From assembly GCA_030141605.1 (NCBI GenBank), contig JAQGDQ010001251.1, positions 1 to 52,121 of the forward strand: a stretch of DNA of 52,121 nt, read 5' to 3'. The notes beneath the pieces are model-generated. The model saw only the letters and a list, made by a program, of their open reading frames with translations. It was not told the DNA's origin and did not search any database. A program made the translations under genes and the position numbers. Source of the DNA: Tubiluchus corallicola (lineage: Eukaryota > Animalia > Priapulida). Numbering within the stretch: the stretch's first letter is position 1; every line of letters starts with the position of its first letter. Below are positions 36,622 through 49,549 of this stretch, one piece after another.

Positions 36622-36652
<31 letters not shown>
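35450..36652 (+). mobile_element. CR1/L2-group LINE 3' region (diverged L-a relative) with (ACTT/GCTT)n tail, interrupted by an H1 MITE
   Basis: INTLQNYALKLILGL...FIFKYINNL...NSVAKTAVQLWNSLSVEIKRFKPSTAFKTKIR...HDNLHSNPEFIYPRPH*; homologous to the minus-strand copy at 21.4-21.9 kb. Confidence 0.78.
35805..36080 (+). mobile_element. hAT-like MITE H1, copy 2
   Basis: Perfect 14-bp TIR; perfect 8-bp TSD CAAATTAG. Confidence 0.93.
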
Positions 36653-36653
<1 letters not shown>

Positions 36654-39617
36654 ATTCTGGGCGTTTTTTACGTGTGCTTCATTTTGTTCTTGTTTTATGG
36701 ACTTTAAATGTCTGAAATAAAATAATGCTTGCCGAACCGAAAAGAGCTTGTGTGAATGCGCTTTAATGAAGCGAGTTGTCCGGTAAACAGAAGTATGTTT
36801 ATCTTTATTGTAATATTTTATAACGTTAGCCTATAATTTCGACATTTTAGTTACAATTTCTGATACTGGTATGTCAATGATTAAACGTGCCGCTATTGCA
36901 CAACGTGTAAAATCATAACTGTGCATTATATATACACCGCACAGTCAGTTTAAAGTTGGAATCCTTCATATACAGAAACAGCCACGAATATATAGATTTC
37001 GGATTGCGCCTCGCACGCATACAGACAGCTGCATCTTTTAAAAACCATAATTATAGTAGCGAGCATCTTTCAACTCTGAGTATTTTTTTGTCGTTGGTAT
37101 GTCACAGTTTTAAGCTGCGCATGTGCATTTGATCGGCCTAGATTAATTTTGACGCCTATACGGTTATACCGTACAGTCTGTATGATGAGTGTTTACTGTA
37201 GGTATTTGTTCTTACTAGACGTGAGATTGTTATATGTACTCTGATATCATGTACAACGTACAGACCAGCATAATCAAAAGAGGAGAATTCCGAGAGTACG
37301 AACATAGTATTTGCCAGTTTGTCGGATTGTTTGAACTTAAAATTTCAAGTTTTTGATGTAACGTTTATTTTTTTACGGGCAAGTGGAACACCAACTGTCG
37401 AAAGCTTGCAAAATATCTCGATAATTTCTTACGTGTTTTGAAATCCTTGAAGCCGATGCGTTGGTGTGTGCTTTTGGCAAAGTAACGTCTGTTGCGCGCG
37501 CGAAATAAAAGTCGATTTTGGTGAGGATTTATTCGGTACGTGTTCCGTTTTTTTGGGCATTTTTCCGTGACTTGTGCCGGTAATTCATGCAGTGCATGTG
37601 TAATTGTACAGCACGAAACAGCATTTCCAACTTTTTGTGCAACACAATTCAAGCATTAACCCGTGAAAACGATTTGTGGCTGAATTTTGGGGAACGTAGT
37701 CATACGAAATCTGCTGTAGATGCTGTTAATCTGTCTCTAGCTACTGTATTAAAAAGATTTACTGTTACTGCAGTCAGAATTACCGACTTATAAGCGCCTT
37801 GAAGTAAGTAAAATTTTTATTTGTCTTTCTTAATGTCTGTCAGTTCGTTGGTTCGAGTATGTAATGATTCAAAAATACGACTAGTGCATTAGTTAATACT
37901 ACAAAACCCATACAATAGATACGATAACAGAAACGATTCTCGATGTACATAAGCCTATAAGCCCAAGCAAAGTATAAGTTGTACTCTGTAATGTTACAAT
38001 GTTGCTACTTAAATCGAAGTACCAATTGTATATTTCATCACTGGACATAGTGGAAATATTGTGATCAGTAATAGTTACTGTGTTGTAAGTCCACTCAAAA
38101 TAAATAAAGTTTTATATATATATAACGTCTGTCATAGGTCATTTGACTTATGTCGGGCTTTGTTAAAGCGAACATTGCCAATTTAATTTTTAGATAATAG
38201 TTTAAACATGTTTTTACAACCTTTGGACTTAATTCTTAGATAATAGTTTACACATATTTTACAACCTATGGACATACAGTTAAACTGACACGAAAGTCCT
38301 CCATTTACAGACACAAATACAGTACATGAAAGTATCTACGTAATTAGTGTCTACGTAACAATTAGATAAACGTATTAATTAACAAAAAAAGATGCTAAAA
38401 GGAATTCTTAGATATAAAGAGAGTGCTACATTTGTAAAATTCGGGCCAGCGCAAAGTTGGGAGCTAACTTTTAACTCTTTCTCCCTTTCCTATTATCTAT
38501 TGTTTCCAGTTGCATGTTGACTAATTCACCCTTGCCACGTGTTATTCTAACGCTAATGAAAGCGTGCACGGATGCACTATTATTATTCGTATGCAGCATA
38601 CATTCTTCTAATAAATCCAGAAATTTGCCTTCAACGCATTAGATTAGACAACGCGTTTTATATTGGTGCACAAAAAACGATTAGATCACGAACGTTTAAT
38701 TAAAATCCTCATTGGAAAGGGGTGGGTAATATATGGCTTCTTTAGGCGTCGTGAGACTCGTATCTTTCGTCTGGGCAAAGAGCACAACTCGCCCGTCACA
38801 TTTTTTGGACTCGGGTTTAAATTAAATAGAAACTTAGCGTCTCTATAACGCGGAGAAACAGAAACACGAGTACTTGCAGGCTTTTTAACTGGAAAAGGCA
38901 AAATAATGCAATTCTTTTCTATAATCGAGTTATTGCTAACATATTAATAAAGTACATAATTTATGTATAATATTAACGTCATATATCACACGTTTGTTGA
39001 CTTATAGTACCTCAGATATGCCATTAAAGTGCCTGCAAGTTTAATTCTTGGACTCAGACCCTCTGATTTTTTTCTCTTTCAACTTTCAATCTATTCAGAA
39101 TTAGTAGTGACAATAAACTCAATTAATTACGTCTTGATAATTTCTATTAGAAGATGTGGCTTTGTCTGATCATTTCGGTCTATAAAATACACCTTAATGC
39201 AAAACAATTGCAATTGAAAGTATTGTTGTTTTGATAAGAGTAATATACTTGTAGGAAAAAACTAGTATTAATTGCAGTTGTTGCCGTGACATAAATTACA
39301 ATTTGTACTATAAAATCAAATGAGCAATTCGGTAAGCTGTTTGTTATGCACCTGTGCAATTACCCTGAAATGTTATTCTTGCTGCTGTCACGGCCGTCTA
39401 TTGATTTATACCCGTTTTTAAATCGTAAATCGAAACACTACATCTGACTCTGACCAGATAAGACATTTTACGAGTGACTGTTTTACCATACGTGGAAAAA
39501 CTTTCTGATAAGAGAGACATATTGGTCTACATGTCATCCGGCGACGTTTACAGACATTCCTTGATCAGTTGCATTTTCTTGTACACTTGCTTTGAATCTG
39601 ATATGTTCACCCTTTAA

Positions 39618-39826
39618 CCCGCCTGCTGCCAAAGCGCACGCGCCGTTTTAACACCAAAATGTAGTAATTCTTTTGAAAGCATAAACTGGTGGGCTCTGTT
39701 TTGCTGCTACGTACCCAACTGACCGCGTGTGTCATAACTGTCATGCGCTGATTTGAATTTGACATGCATTTTAAATAACGTGGGGCCTAAAGTGGTCCCT
39801 TGCAGAACCTACGGGCAGCCAGCGTC
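39618..39826. mobile_element. Possible piggyBac-like MITE
   Basis: TTAA|CCCGCCTGCTGCC ... GGCAGCCAGCGTC|TTAA; imperfect TIR, single copy. Confidence 0.4.
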
Positions 39827-40164
39827 TTAATATCTGTTGACATGCACACAACAAAGTATACAATAGGCAGTTTAAACTAAAGCGCATTAGCTAATCAATA
39901 TGTATGCACGATTGCACGGACTCCATATTGTTACTTCTCAAATATTGAATTGTATCAGTTTGAATAACGAGAACAACGGACTGCTTAATGAATCGATTTG
40001 CCGTGTCTGGATTTTGAAAATCATCGTAGCCGCCAGATAGTCTACACAATAATAATATTCAAGTGTATTGTTAATGTTTTTATTTGTGTTTTTGCTAATA
40101 GTTATAGCCAATACGGACTTGTTATTTAAAACAGATTTTTTATGAGCTTTACATTTTAGATTCA

Positions 40165-40605
40165 ATAGATTTATTTCGCAATAAACATATACATATACAT
40201 TACATGTGCATCGATAATCAGTTTTTGTTAATATAAAAATATGATACGATTCATGAATTCTGCGCTAGAGACCTAAGAAGCTAGCTTATGGGAGGCCACT
40301 AGAATTAGTTACGAAAAAAATTACAATATATACAGATACAATATTACAATATATACAAATATAAATACGGGTGGGAAGTAATAAAAATATTATTATACTA
40401 GAGGGGAAATTTTTGAAAATGAAAAACAACAAATCATGATTGAGTGATCAGTTATACGTTTCAAGTAAGTTTAATTTATAATTTTTTTAAAGATGGACAT
40501 CGAGTTGCCTTTTTTAATAGCTGGAGCAATTGAATTCCATATGTAAGGGCCATTATTTCTAATAGAAAATTTTCTAACATTTGTGCTGATTTTATATTAA
40601 ATTAT
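40165..40605 (-). mobile_element. CR1/L2-group (Crack-like) LINE 3' end
   Basis: Reverse strand STNVRKFSIRNNGPYIWNSIAPAIKKGNSMSIFKKNYKLNLLETYN*; 3' UTR stem-loop; AATAAA. Confidence 0.8.
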
Positions 40606-41283
40606 ATTTGCATGAATAAACTGGAAGACAACTGGTCGTGACTGTTTTGTTTTGCTTAGGTTTTTATTCTAAAACAAAGGAATATAGGAACAGGTTAAAA
40701 TCCAGAGCTAATTAATGTAGGTCTGCAACCCTACATAAGAATGGTTATTATAACTTGTACAAATAGCCATATTGTTAAAGTAGTGATGACGATGTTTCGG
40801 TGAAAACGAAAAACTGCATGAAAGAAGTTATAAAAATCCCCACAAGTTAGCATAAAGATGTCCACGTAGAAGCAGTATTGGAGAAAAGCAACACTCATAC
40901 ACTGTTGCTTGCTGTGTTTCTTATCTTAAAGCAGAGCGATTCTGAATGATTTCTGCACACGGTGTTCAACATATTTCGACTTGTTATTTTTGCTTGTTTT
41001 ATGGTAACTTTCCTATCATTTTCCTTTATGATCTACTATTCTCTCGTTTTTTCAAGAATGAAAAACGATTAAAAATGTAGCCGAAGACCTTCAAAGACCT
41101 TTTTTCATCGGATTTTTTTTTCTCAAATTATTCATTGTGATGTGTGTAATTGGCATATTCCTATTGTTAGCAACAGGTGAAGTTTATGATAGAATCTCAC
41201 CTGGTATAACCAATACCTAGTACCTGAGTTATCGTTTGGCATGGTGCCAGAATTGAGTAATTTATTGTAGATGGCATATATAT

Positions 41284-41860
41284 AATTTAAGTTTTTTTAA
41301 AGTTTAAGTTTATTCATTTCCACTCTGCATCTTACAGTTATAATAAAAATACAGATAATTTTCCACTGTAGTAAATATAAATATAAATGCAATATAATAC
41401 AGAAATTACAAAAGAGATTCTTATGCAGCATATACATGTGCAAATTACATTACAGAATAATTTTGATTCATACGGTTTGAGCCTAAAAGCATAGCTTGAC
41501 AGGCCAAACTGTACGTGGAAATCTTAAGGAAATGATTAATAATTGAAACAATGATAATGTATACATAAAAGTGGGGGGGGGGATAGTGAATGAAAGATGA
41601 AATGGAGCGAGAACTAAGAAAAACTGTGATCATGATTATAAAGTGTTCAGTAACCTGTTGAGCATAGTCACTTTTTATTAAGATTACTGTGGAAAAAGAA
41701 TGCAGGTGATTACCATTATCAAACTGTGTTACTCTCAATACTTTTGAAATATTTCTTTTCTTACAGTTTATTTAAAAGTTGAAAGGGAGTGACTACATTT
41801 TGAATTGTGGCTTTGTCCATTCCATAGGACTGGTCCCATATAGCTAATGAAATGTTTCAC
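41284..41860 (-). mobile_element. CR1/L2-group LINE 3' end
   Basis: Reverse strand VKHFISYMGPVLWNG..CSHSLSTFK*TVRKEIFQKY*; 3' UTR stem-loop; AATAAACTTAAACTT tail. Confidence 0.72.
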
Positions 41861-41926
41861 CATGCATCAATAATGCATCAAGTAGCGATTAAGCTTCGAA
41901 TGTGGAACGAATCAAGCATTTGAGTT

Positions 41927-42128
41927 CTCTAAAACACCTATTAAAACATGTAGATAGACTGATATATGAGCATTTTCTACATGTAAATAGACTGATATAT
42001 GACCGTTTTTCTTTTTCATTATTCTTCTTACGCAGAATATGCAAAAATCTCTAAAACACCTATTAAAAACATGTAGATAGACTGATATATGACCGTTTTT
42101 CTTTTTCATTATTCTTCTCACGCAGAAA
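41927..42128. repeat. Complex local duplication (about 122-bp unit plus a partial internal copy)
   Basis: CATGTA(G/A)ATAGACTGATATATGA x3; CTCTAAAACACCTATTAAAA x2. Confidence 0.85.
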
Positions 42129-42489
42129 GTGCAATTGAAAAGTGGAAAATTAAGATACGTGTATCTCGTCTGCAACTGAAATAATTTTTCTTTGCTTGCA
42201 AAAAATGCTAAACCAGAACTGGTTTTTCGCAAATATAAAAAACTCCGGAAATAGTTTTGGTGGTATCCTAGCGACAGTATTTGAGGAAGCTTAGGTCAAG
42301 TTGACAATTTACATCGTCTATGTCCCCGGGACCTTGTCTGTATCCCCGGGTCATTGTTTTTAGCGTCTCTTATTCTTTCCACGTACTAGCAGAGGTCGGT
42401 TAATAGTGGTGAAGAACGAACCTAGGTCATTTCTACACTTCCCAGGCGCACTAAACAAAAGCCTTTACTCAGACTTCGCATTAACTGTT

Positions 42490-42717
42490 CCCAGAAGGGT
42501 GCTGTCAGCGCATGCTCAGCCCCCCGTCATCGCGCACTTTCATAATCCGCCCTGTGTTCGCGCGCAATGTCGATTGACGAGCGCAGCGTGCTGGGATTCT
42601 TTAGCCAGATCCAGGAAGGTCTCGCGCGTTACCGAATAAGTTTTTTCCGAGACGAAAACGTGAAGAAGCGGCAATGCGACGGTCGTGGACGCGTCACGAT
42701 GCGCCGTTGAGGTAAGA
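42490..42717 (+). other. CpG-rich putative promoter/first exon ending at donor GAG|GTAAG (42711/42712)
   Basis: Sharp CpG/GC peak in unique DNA; ATG 42567 opens a 47-aa ORF ending at TGA 42708-42710; ATG 42674 (MRRSWTRHDAPL) reads through the donor. Confidence 0.5.
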
Positions 42718-42904
42718 AAAACAACTAGATCGTCTGCTTGGCTTTTAGTGCTGTAAAACGGCTACTTGCATGCTTTAGGTATTTGAGTTTTTTTTTACTT
42801 TCTTGCGAAATTTAATGTTACGTAAGAATCATGTTGTAGAAAGTCGTTATTGTTTCTCAAGTAATCCCTTTGTTGTCCATAGTAATTGTTTTTCGTTCAG
42901 TCTT

Positions 42905-43336
42905 TCCATCACTCATCCATTCGTTTATTCGTTCATCCATTCGTTTATTCGTTCATTCATTCGTTTATTCGTTCATCCAACTTTTCGTTTTTTTCTTTCC
43001 TCCCTCGTTCATTTATTCATCTATTCATTCACTCATTCATACGCTAACTCATACACCCAAACGTTATATCTGCATGTGTTAATTTATTTAAAATTATTTA
43101 TTTGTTGATTGCTGTTTTCATGCTGTTTCAGCTTTGCATCCAAAATATTTGTAGAGTAAAATTGCTTACATGTATTTATTGTATACATTTGGTATGTACG
43201 TGTATCAAATTTGTTTACATATTATATATAATATATACAGATATATACAGATATACTATATACATATGTCTGTATATACTATATATACAGATATATATAT
43301 TTATATATATATATATATAATTATACATCTGTAAAA

Positions 43337-43378
<42 letters not shown>

Positions 43379-43503
43379 CTATCTATATCTATGTATATAT
43401 ATCCAAAATATTTGTAGAGTAAATTGCTTACATGTATTTATTGTATACATTTGGTATGTACGTGTATCAAATTTGTGTACCTATATAATTATACATCTTT
43501 AAA

Positions 43504-43590
<87 letters not shown>
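42905..43590. repeat. (TTCA)n, (TA)n and (CA)n microsatellites with a duplication of about 263 bp
   Basis: ATCCAAAATATTTGTAGAGTAAA at 43138 and 43401, each followed by (CA)n(TA)n. Confidence 0.88.
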
Positions 43591-43591
<1 letters not shown>

Positions 43592-44014
43592 TATTTTTTG
43601 CAAAACTAAACTAAAATACGAATCTTATGCGCTTTATATTTGCACGATTAGTAAAAGAAGTTACAATTCAGTAACGTAATTGAACTTTGCAAAATAATAA
43701 AGAAGTTGATTTTATGACGTTAGATTATTAAATTTTGACTGTAAAACTGCAAATGCTTAGTGGGGTAGTCGAATAGTACTTTTAGCTAAATTAAAAAAAC
43801 AATTACTCAATTAGTAAAAGTAAATTAGTGAGATTAAATTAGTTAAAAGCGAGAAAGGGCAAGAAAGAGATGGTTTGATGAAAAATAATCTCAGTTGTTT
43901 TGGTTTTCAAAGTGTTAAGTAGAAATTTTGTATTATACTATGGACGTGAAGATAACTAACCTAAGCGTTACCTAAATGATTATCTTTCTCGCATTGCAAA
44001 ATTCGAAACATTAA

Positions 44015-44740
44015 AGGAAAACCGGACGATTGTTTAAACTCGATCTCATTTTAATTTATTCTCCAAAATATACATTTTCTTGCCTATAAAAGTTAACAAC
44101 TGTTCCTTATGTTTGAATGATTAACTTAGAAAGTTAATTAACGTCAACCGAACACAGCTATTGCTTACGTCATCATCATCATATCATACGCCCGGCACGT
44201 CTATTGTAGACATTGTGCAGGCAGAATTCTAAAATAAAAGAAATCTGCCTTCAGACAGGTAAACGCAGCAGTAATCCAGCAAAAAAAACTAAACACTGCT
44301 ACGCCAGTGGCTTGTCAGCACCACTTCCGCAAAGGTCAGGAACGCTTACGTCAGAAACTAACCACAGTTTGTGCAATGGCAAGCATCTTCCCTTACGCGT
44401 CAAGCACATTTGCATAAGCGTTACAGTACTGCTTAAACGCATGATGTCACGAAAAATGGGTTTTACGTCATATGGCGTCAGAAACCAACACCGCAGTTCA
44501 TGATCATGGTTATCACGGTACCGCCTTTTATTTGTCGGCCACGCGCACGTGACAAAAAGGCGCCGTTACCAATCTTAGTAGATTCACTGAGCCGCTCGTA
44601 GCTTTGAAAGTTTAACGAAATCTGAGTATCCGGAGGTAATTATTATTTAATCTTTGATTTAAAATAAGCTATTGTAGTTTTCAATAATTTAGAACATTCT
44701 TTATTCTGAACTCATGTTTACACAATCATCCGGTTTTCCT
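44015..44740 (+). mobile_element. Kolobok-like family B, longer copy (726 bp)
   Basis: 25-bp TIR AGGAAAACCGGACGATTGTTTAAAC / GTTTACACAATCATCCGGTTTTCCT (2 mismatches); TTAA on both sides. Confidence 0.92.
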
Positions 44741-44921
44741 TTAATGAATTCAGTAAGTCTTCTTGCATTGGTTTCAAATCACCCCAAGTGCATCCACTAG
44801 GCGGCTTATGTCATCTTTGCATTCTCCTGTGGAATATTCTAATTATATTAGATTTATCGTCGAATTTGCTTTATGTGTTAGTAAGAGGCGCGATTGTGAT
44901 AAATTGCAAGAAAATGAGAAT

Positions 44922-46820
44922 TCGGGGTTTTAGTTATCCGCGGCGTTACGCGTACGGCGCACCTGATATTAGGGTTTTATATTATCCGTGGCGTTATGCG
45001 TACGGCTCCCCTTGTATTAGGGTTTTATATTATCCGTGGCGTTATGCGTACGACGTATCTGATATTAGGGTTTTATATTATCTGTTCTGTTGTGCGTATA
45101 GCGTACCTGATATTAGGGGTTTCAAATTATCCGTTCTATTGTGCGTGTTGCATACCTGATATTAGTGGTTTCAAATTATCTGTTCTGTTGTGCGTATAGC
45201 GTACCTGATATTAGTGGTTTCAAATTATCCGTTCCATTGTGCGTGTTGCATACCTTATATTAGGGGTTTCAAATTATCCGTTCCATTGTGTGTGTTGCCT
45301 ACCTTATATTAGGGGTTTCAAATTATCCGTTCCGTTGTGCGTATTGCGTACCTGGTGTTGGGGGTTTCAAATTATCCGTTCCATTGTGTGTGTTGCCTAC
45401 CTGATATTAGGGGTTTGAAATTATCCGTTCCGTTGTTCGTATTGCGTACCTGATATTAGAGGTTTCAAATTATCCGTTCCGTTGTTCGTATTGCGTACCT
45501 GATATTAGTGGTTTCAAATTATCCGTTCCGTTGTTCGTATTGCATACCTGATATTAGAGGTTTCAAATTATCCGTTCCGTTGTTCGTATTGCCTACCTGA
45601 TATTAGGGGTTTGAAATTATCCGTTCCATTGTGCGTATTGCGTACCTGGTGTTGGGGGTTTCAAATTATCCGTTCCGTTGTTCATATTGCGTACCTGATA
45701 TTAGGGGTTTCAAATTATCCGTTCCGTTGTTCGTATTGCGTACCTGATATTAAGGGTTTCAAATTATCCGTTCCATTGTGCGTATTGCGTACATGATATT
45801 AGGGGTTTTAAATTATCTGTTCTGTTGTTCGTATTGCATACCTGATGTTAGTGGTTTCAAATTATCCGTTCCGTTGTTCGTATTGCGTACCTGATATTAA
45901 GGGTTTCAAATTATCCGTTCCGTTGTTCGTATTGCCTACCTGATATTAAGGGTTTCAAATTATCCGTTCCGTTGTTCGTATTGCGTACCTGATATTAAGG
46001 GTTTCAAATTATCCGTTCCGTTGTTCGTATTGCGTACCTGATATTAAGGGTTTCAAATTATCCGTTCCGTTGTTCGTATTGCATACATGATATTAGGGGT
46101 TTTAAATTATCTGTTCTGTTGTTCGTATTGCATACCTGATGTTAGTGGTTTCAAATTATCCGTTCCGTTGTTCGTATTGCGTACCTGATATTAAGGGTTT
46201 CAAATTATCCGTTCCGTTGTTCGTATTGCATACCTGATATTAGGGGTTTCAAATTATCCGTTGCGTTGTTCGTATTGCATACCTGATATTAGGGGTTTCA
46301 AATTATCCGTTCCGTTGTTCGTATTGCGTACCTGATATTAGGGGTTTCAAATTATCCGTTCCGTTGTTCGTATTGCGTACCTGATATTAAGGGTTTCAAA
46401 TTATCCGTTCCGTTGTTCGTATTGCGTACCTGATATTAAGGGTTTCAAATTATCCGTTCCGTTGTTCGTATTGCGTACCTGATATTAGGGGTTTCAAATT
46501 ATCCGTTCCGTTGCGCGTATTGCATACCTGATATTAGTGGTTTCAAATTATCCGTTCCGTTGTTCGTATTGCGTACCTGATATTAGGGGTTTCAAATTAT
46601 CCGTTCCGTTGTTCGTATTGCCTACCTGATATTAAGGGTTTCAAATTACCCGTTCCGTTGTGCGTATTGCCTACCTGATATTAAGGGTTTCAAATTACCC
46701 GTTCCGTTGTGCGTATTGCCTACCTGATATTAAGGGTTTCAAATTACCCGTTCCGTTGTTCGTATTGCCTACCTGATATTAGGGGTTTCAAATTATCCGT
46801 TCCGTTGTTCGTATTGCCTA
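44922..46820. repeat. 49-bp minisatellite, about 38-39 copies
   Basis: Unit CGTACCTGATATTAGGGGTTTCAAATTATCCGTTCCGTTGTTCGTATTG; diverged at the left edge. Confidence 0.97.
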
Positions 46821-47210
46821 TATCTTATACAATTGCATCTTATACATTATGCGTATATAATATCTTATACATTATACACTATACAAATAGTATGGGAATA
46901 ATTTTAAATGAGGTATAGCCTAGCGACTATCGGAAGGTGAAATGATAAGATCTGAGCCAAACAGGCAATATGGAATGACGGGAGTGCAGAAAGAGCAAGA
47001 TAAAAGGAAGGAAAGTCTAGAAGATAACGTGTGTTAAGATGTGGTGAGAAAGATGATGAAATAATGGAGAATAACAAGATGTAGGGATTAGATTTACATT
47101 AAAGTTTTAATTATATTAACAAGCCATAGCAATCAGCAAGGCAATGCGCAAAAGAGGTTGCAACCAGACACACGCAAGGGTGCTTTTAATGAATTATATA
47201 TATATATATA

Positions 47211-47441
47211 CCCGGAAGACACACACACATATATATAATAATCTTTATTTGCCATTAAAATACATTGATAATAACTGATGAAAACTTTACAGAGATGATC
47301 AATCAGTGTTAGTTAATAAAAACTTACACTGCTAAAGGCAAATGCGTCAGTGCAATCTAAACTACTGTGCAGTAATGGAGAGTAACGACGAATAAAATCA
47401 ATATTTACAACTATTCATAAAAAAATGAAAAAATTATGATT
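47211..47441 (-). mobile_element. LINE L-a 3' UTR copy
   Basis: Near-identical to 21419-21659. Confidence 0.88.
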
Positions 47442-47564
47442 TCATTAATATGGAATATGGGAATTTTCTACTTCTTACTTCTTCGTTTTCTTCTTTCTTC
47501 TTCTTCTTTTAGACTTACACTTCAAGTTACTTTAAATGATACGTTTGACAACAATTACAGGTGG

Positions 47565-47716
47565 TATATATTACAGTTACGTTCTAACATAAAATATTTA
47601 CCTTTTTTGAAGTTGTAAACAGTACGGTCACTGTTAATTTTGTCAGGCAGAGGATTCCAAATAAGAGACCCATAAAGTTTAACAATATGCTTAGCGTTGT
47701 TAGTACGAAGTTTAGA
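47565..47716 (-). mobile_element. CR1/L2-group LINE C-terminal fragment
   Basis: Reverse strand KLRTNNAKHIVKLYGSLIWNPLPDKINSDRTVYNFKK. Confidence 0.7.
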
Positions 47717-47960
47717 TAACATTGCGTAAAGTTCAAAAAATAATCAGGGAAGTCGTAGCACATTGTTCGCTAACTAAGTGAAAGGTGTAAATTATTGTTT
47801 CTTGTCAATACGATTAATCAGTCAATACGATCAATACTAATGTTTTTGATTAGTCAGTGGTGCACCCTGGGAACTGGGTAGGTGAGTCAGCCAATTGGTG
47901 AAAACATTTTAAATAATTGATCATTTTCTTTTCCAGTTACATAAGTCTTTCAAACAGGTA

Positions 47961-47993
<33 letters not shown>

Positions 47994-48640
47994 GTTATTG
48001 TTATTGTTGTTGTTGTTGTTGTCATTGCCATTATCATTATTATTATTGTTATTGTTAGTATTATTATTATTATAACTCTTTATTTTGAGCATATAAAAAC
48101 ATACATATATATACATGCGCCCTCTATTTGCAGGGGCTATAACAATTAACAGTATTTACATGTCATACTTAACAACTTGCAATACCTATGCTAGCCTTGC
48201 ATGAGCCATTACCTTATTAACTGAAATTGATAACAATTTTCTAAAATTAGTTAATTCCGTTAAACAGGTTAGCATAATGTTAAGTAACATAAGTTTGTGC
48301 GGAAAGTTTGTTTTTGGGACATGTTTTTTTTAAAAATTCCCCTGTTTTCCTCTAAGCATTTTATTTTTTACTTAACGTTACGCGTATTGTTTTCGGGTAT
48401 AATTTGGCAGCATGCCAAATACGCCACTTACAAAATACCTAGTAAATAAACAACAAACAAACAAAAACCTGAATTGTCTTTAAGCATTTCATTTTTTTAC
48501 TTAACGTTACGTGTATTGTTTTCGGGTGTAATTTGGCAGCATGCCAAATACGCCACTTACAAAATACCTAATAAGTAAACAAATCGAAGTAAATAAACAA
48601 AAACCTGAATAGTCTATAACTTTCGCACTGTATACAACTC
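47708..48640 (-). mobile_element. Family D copy interrupted by a non-LTR fragment, with a 128-bp duplication at 48353-48610
   Basis: Reverse complement matches 23604-23905; TAAGCATTT..ACTTAACGTTACG at 48353 and 48481. Confidence 0.68.
47962..48261 (-). mobile_element. Non-LTR 3' fragment (L-b) with (TAA/CAA)n tail
   Basis: Flanked by the direct repeat AAACAGGT (about 47952 and 48262); homologous to 26447-27265. Confidence 0.72.
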
Positions 48641-49549
48641 CTGATTGTCAATATATTTGTCTATTTTGCACTCTTTGTTAGGTTATAAAATTGCTCTTAT
48701 TCTGCTTTTTCTAGTAACGCATTTTGCAAGTCGCAGAAATGGTTTTTCATTAATATAACAACTTCTTTAAATGCGTGCTGAACGAAATACGCTTACACTA
48801 CGCATTCAGATGCAAAGTAATGAATATATTTGCGTGTTGCTTGTCGGAGATTAAATACCTGTTTATTTGCTAAACCTTGTGTTTGGCAGCGTAGCACGCG
48901 CGCACGCGCGCACGAGCGCTGTATACAAACAGGCAAATGAATAAGTTGGGGATTTTGCGTCGTATGCGTTCGCATTTGATCGGATTAAGCGCTTTCTGGA
49001 TGCTGATTCGATTATGCCGACTTGTTGTTGATATACAAGCCTTTGTGGATAATTGGTTTTTAACTGAATGTTTTGCCAGGAGGAGGGAGTTAAGAGGTAT
49101 GGAACATGATAATGTTAAGAATGCGCCCGAAATATTGATGAAACAACTTGTGGTTAATTGAGTTCACACTTCATTGATATCCGGTTTGTGCAGCGAAGTG
49201 TTGGCATTCGTTTTGCCGAAGTTGTGCTGCATCTGTTTCGGCTCAAGAATATCTTTATAGGTCAAATCAATACGTGTTACGGTTAACTGGAGAGCTGTCG
49301 CCCATAAATGGTATGGCACCAGGCTACGTAAAATGAAACAATGAATCAGTTAAGCCAGCAAGTTCGAAAAGTGTAAAATTATTGCAAGAGATTTTTGCGA
49401 TTTGCAACCAAAATAAGTTTAAAGTAAAGAGTCATTAAAGAAGGTTTAAAACTTATTTAAACATTCCATAGGTGAGAAAGTAACTAGGATACTAACATAT
49501 ACAAGGAAGCAGAAATGTAGAGATATAAGTATAAAAGTCATTAAGTAGA

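Noticed and set aside
42708-42710. TGA before the donor as a selenocysteine codon
   Set aside because: No selenoprotein motif context and no SECIS element identifiable
44922-46820. TTAGGG in the 49-bp unit as interstitial telomere
   Set aside because: Single hexamer per monomer, often mutated, never tandem
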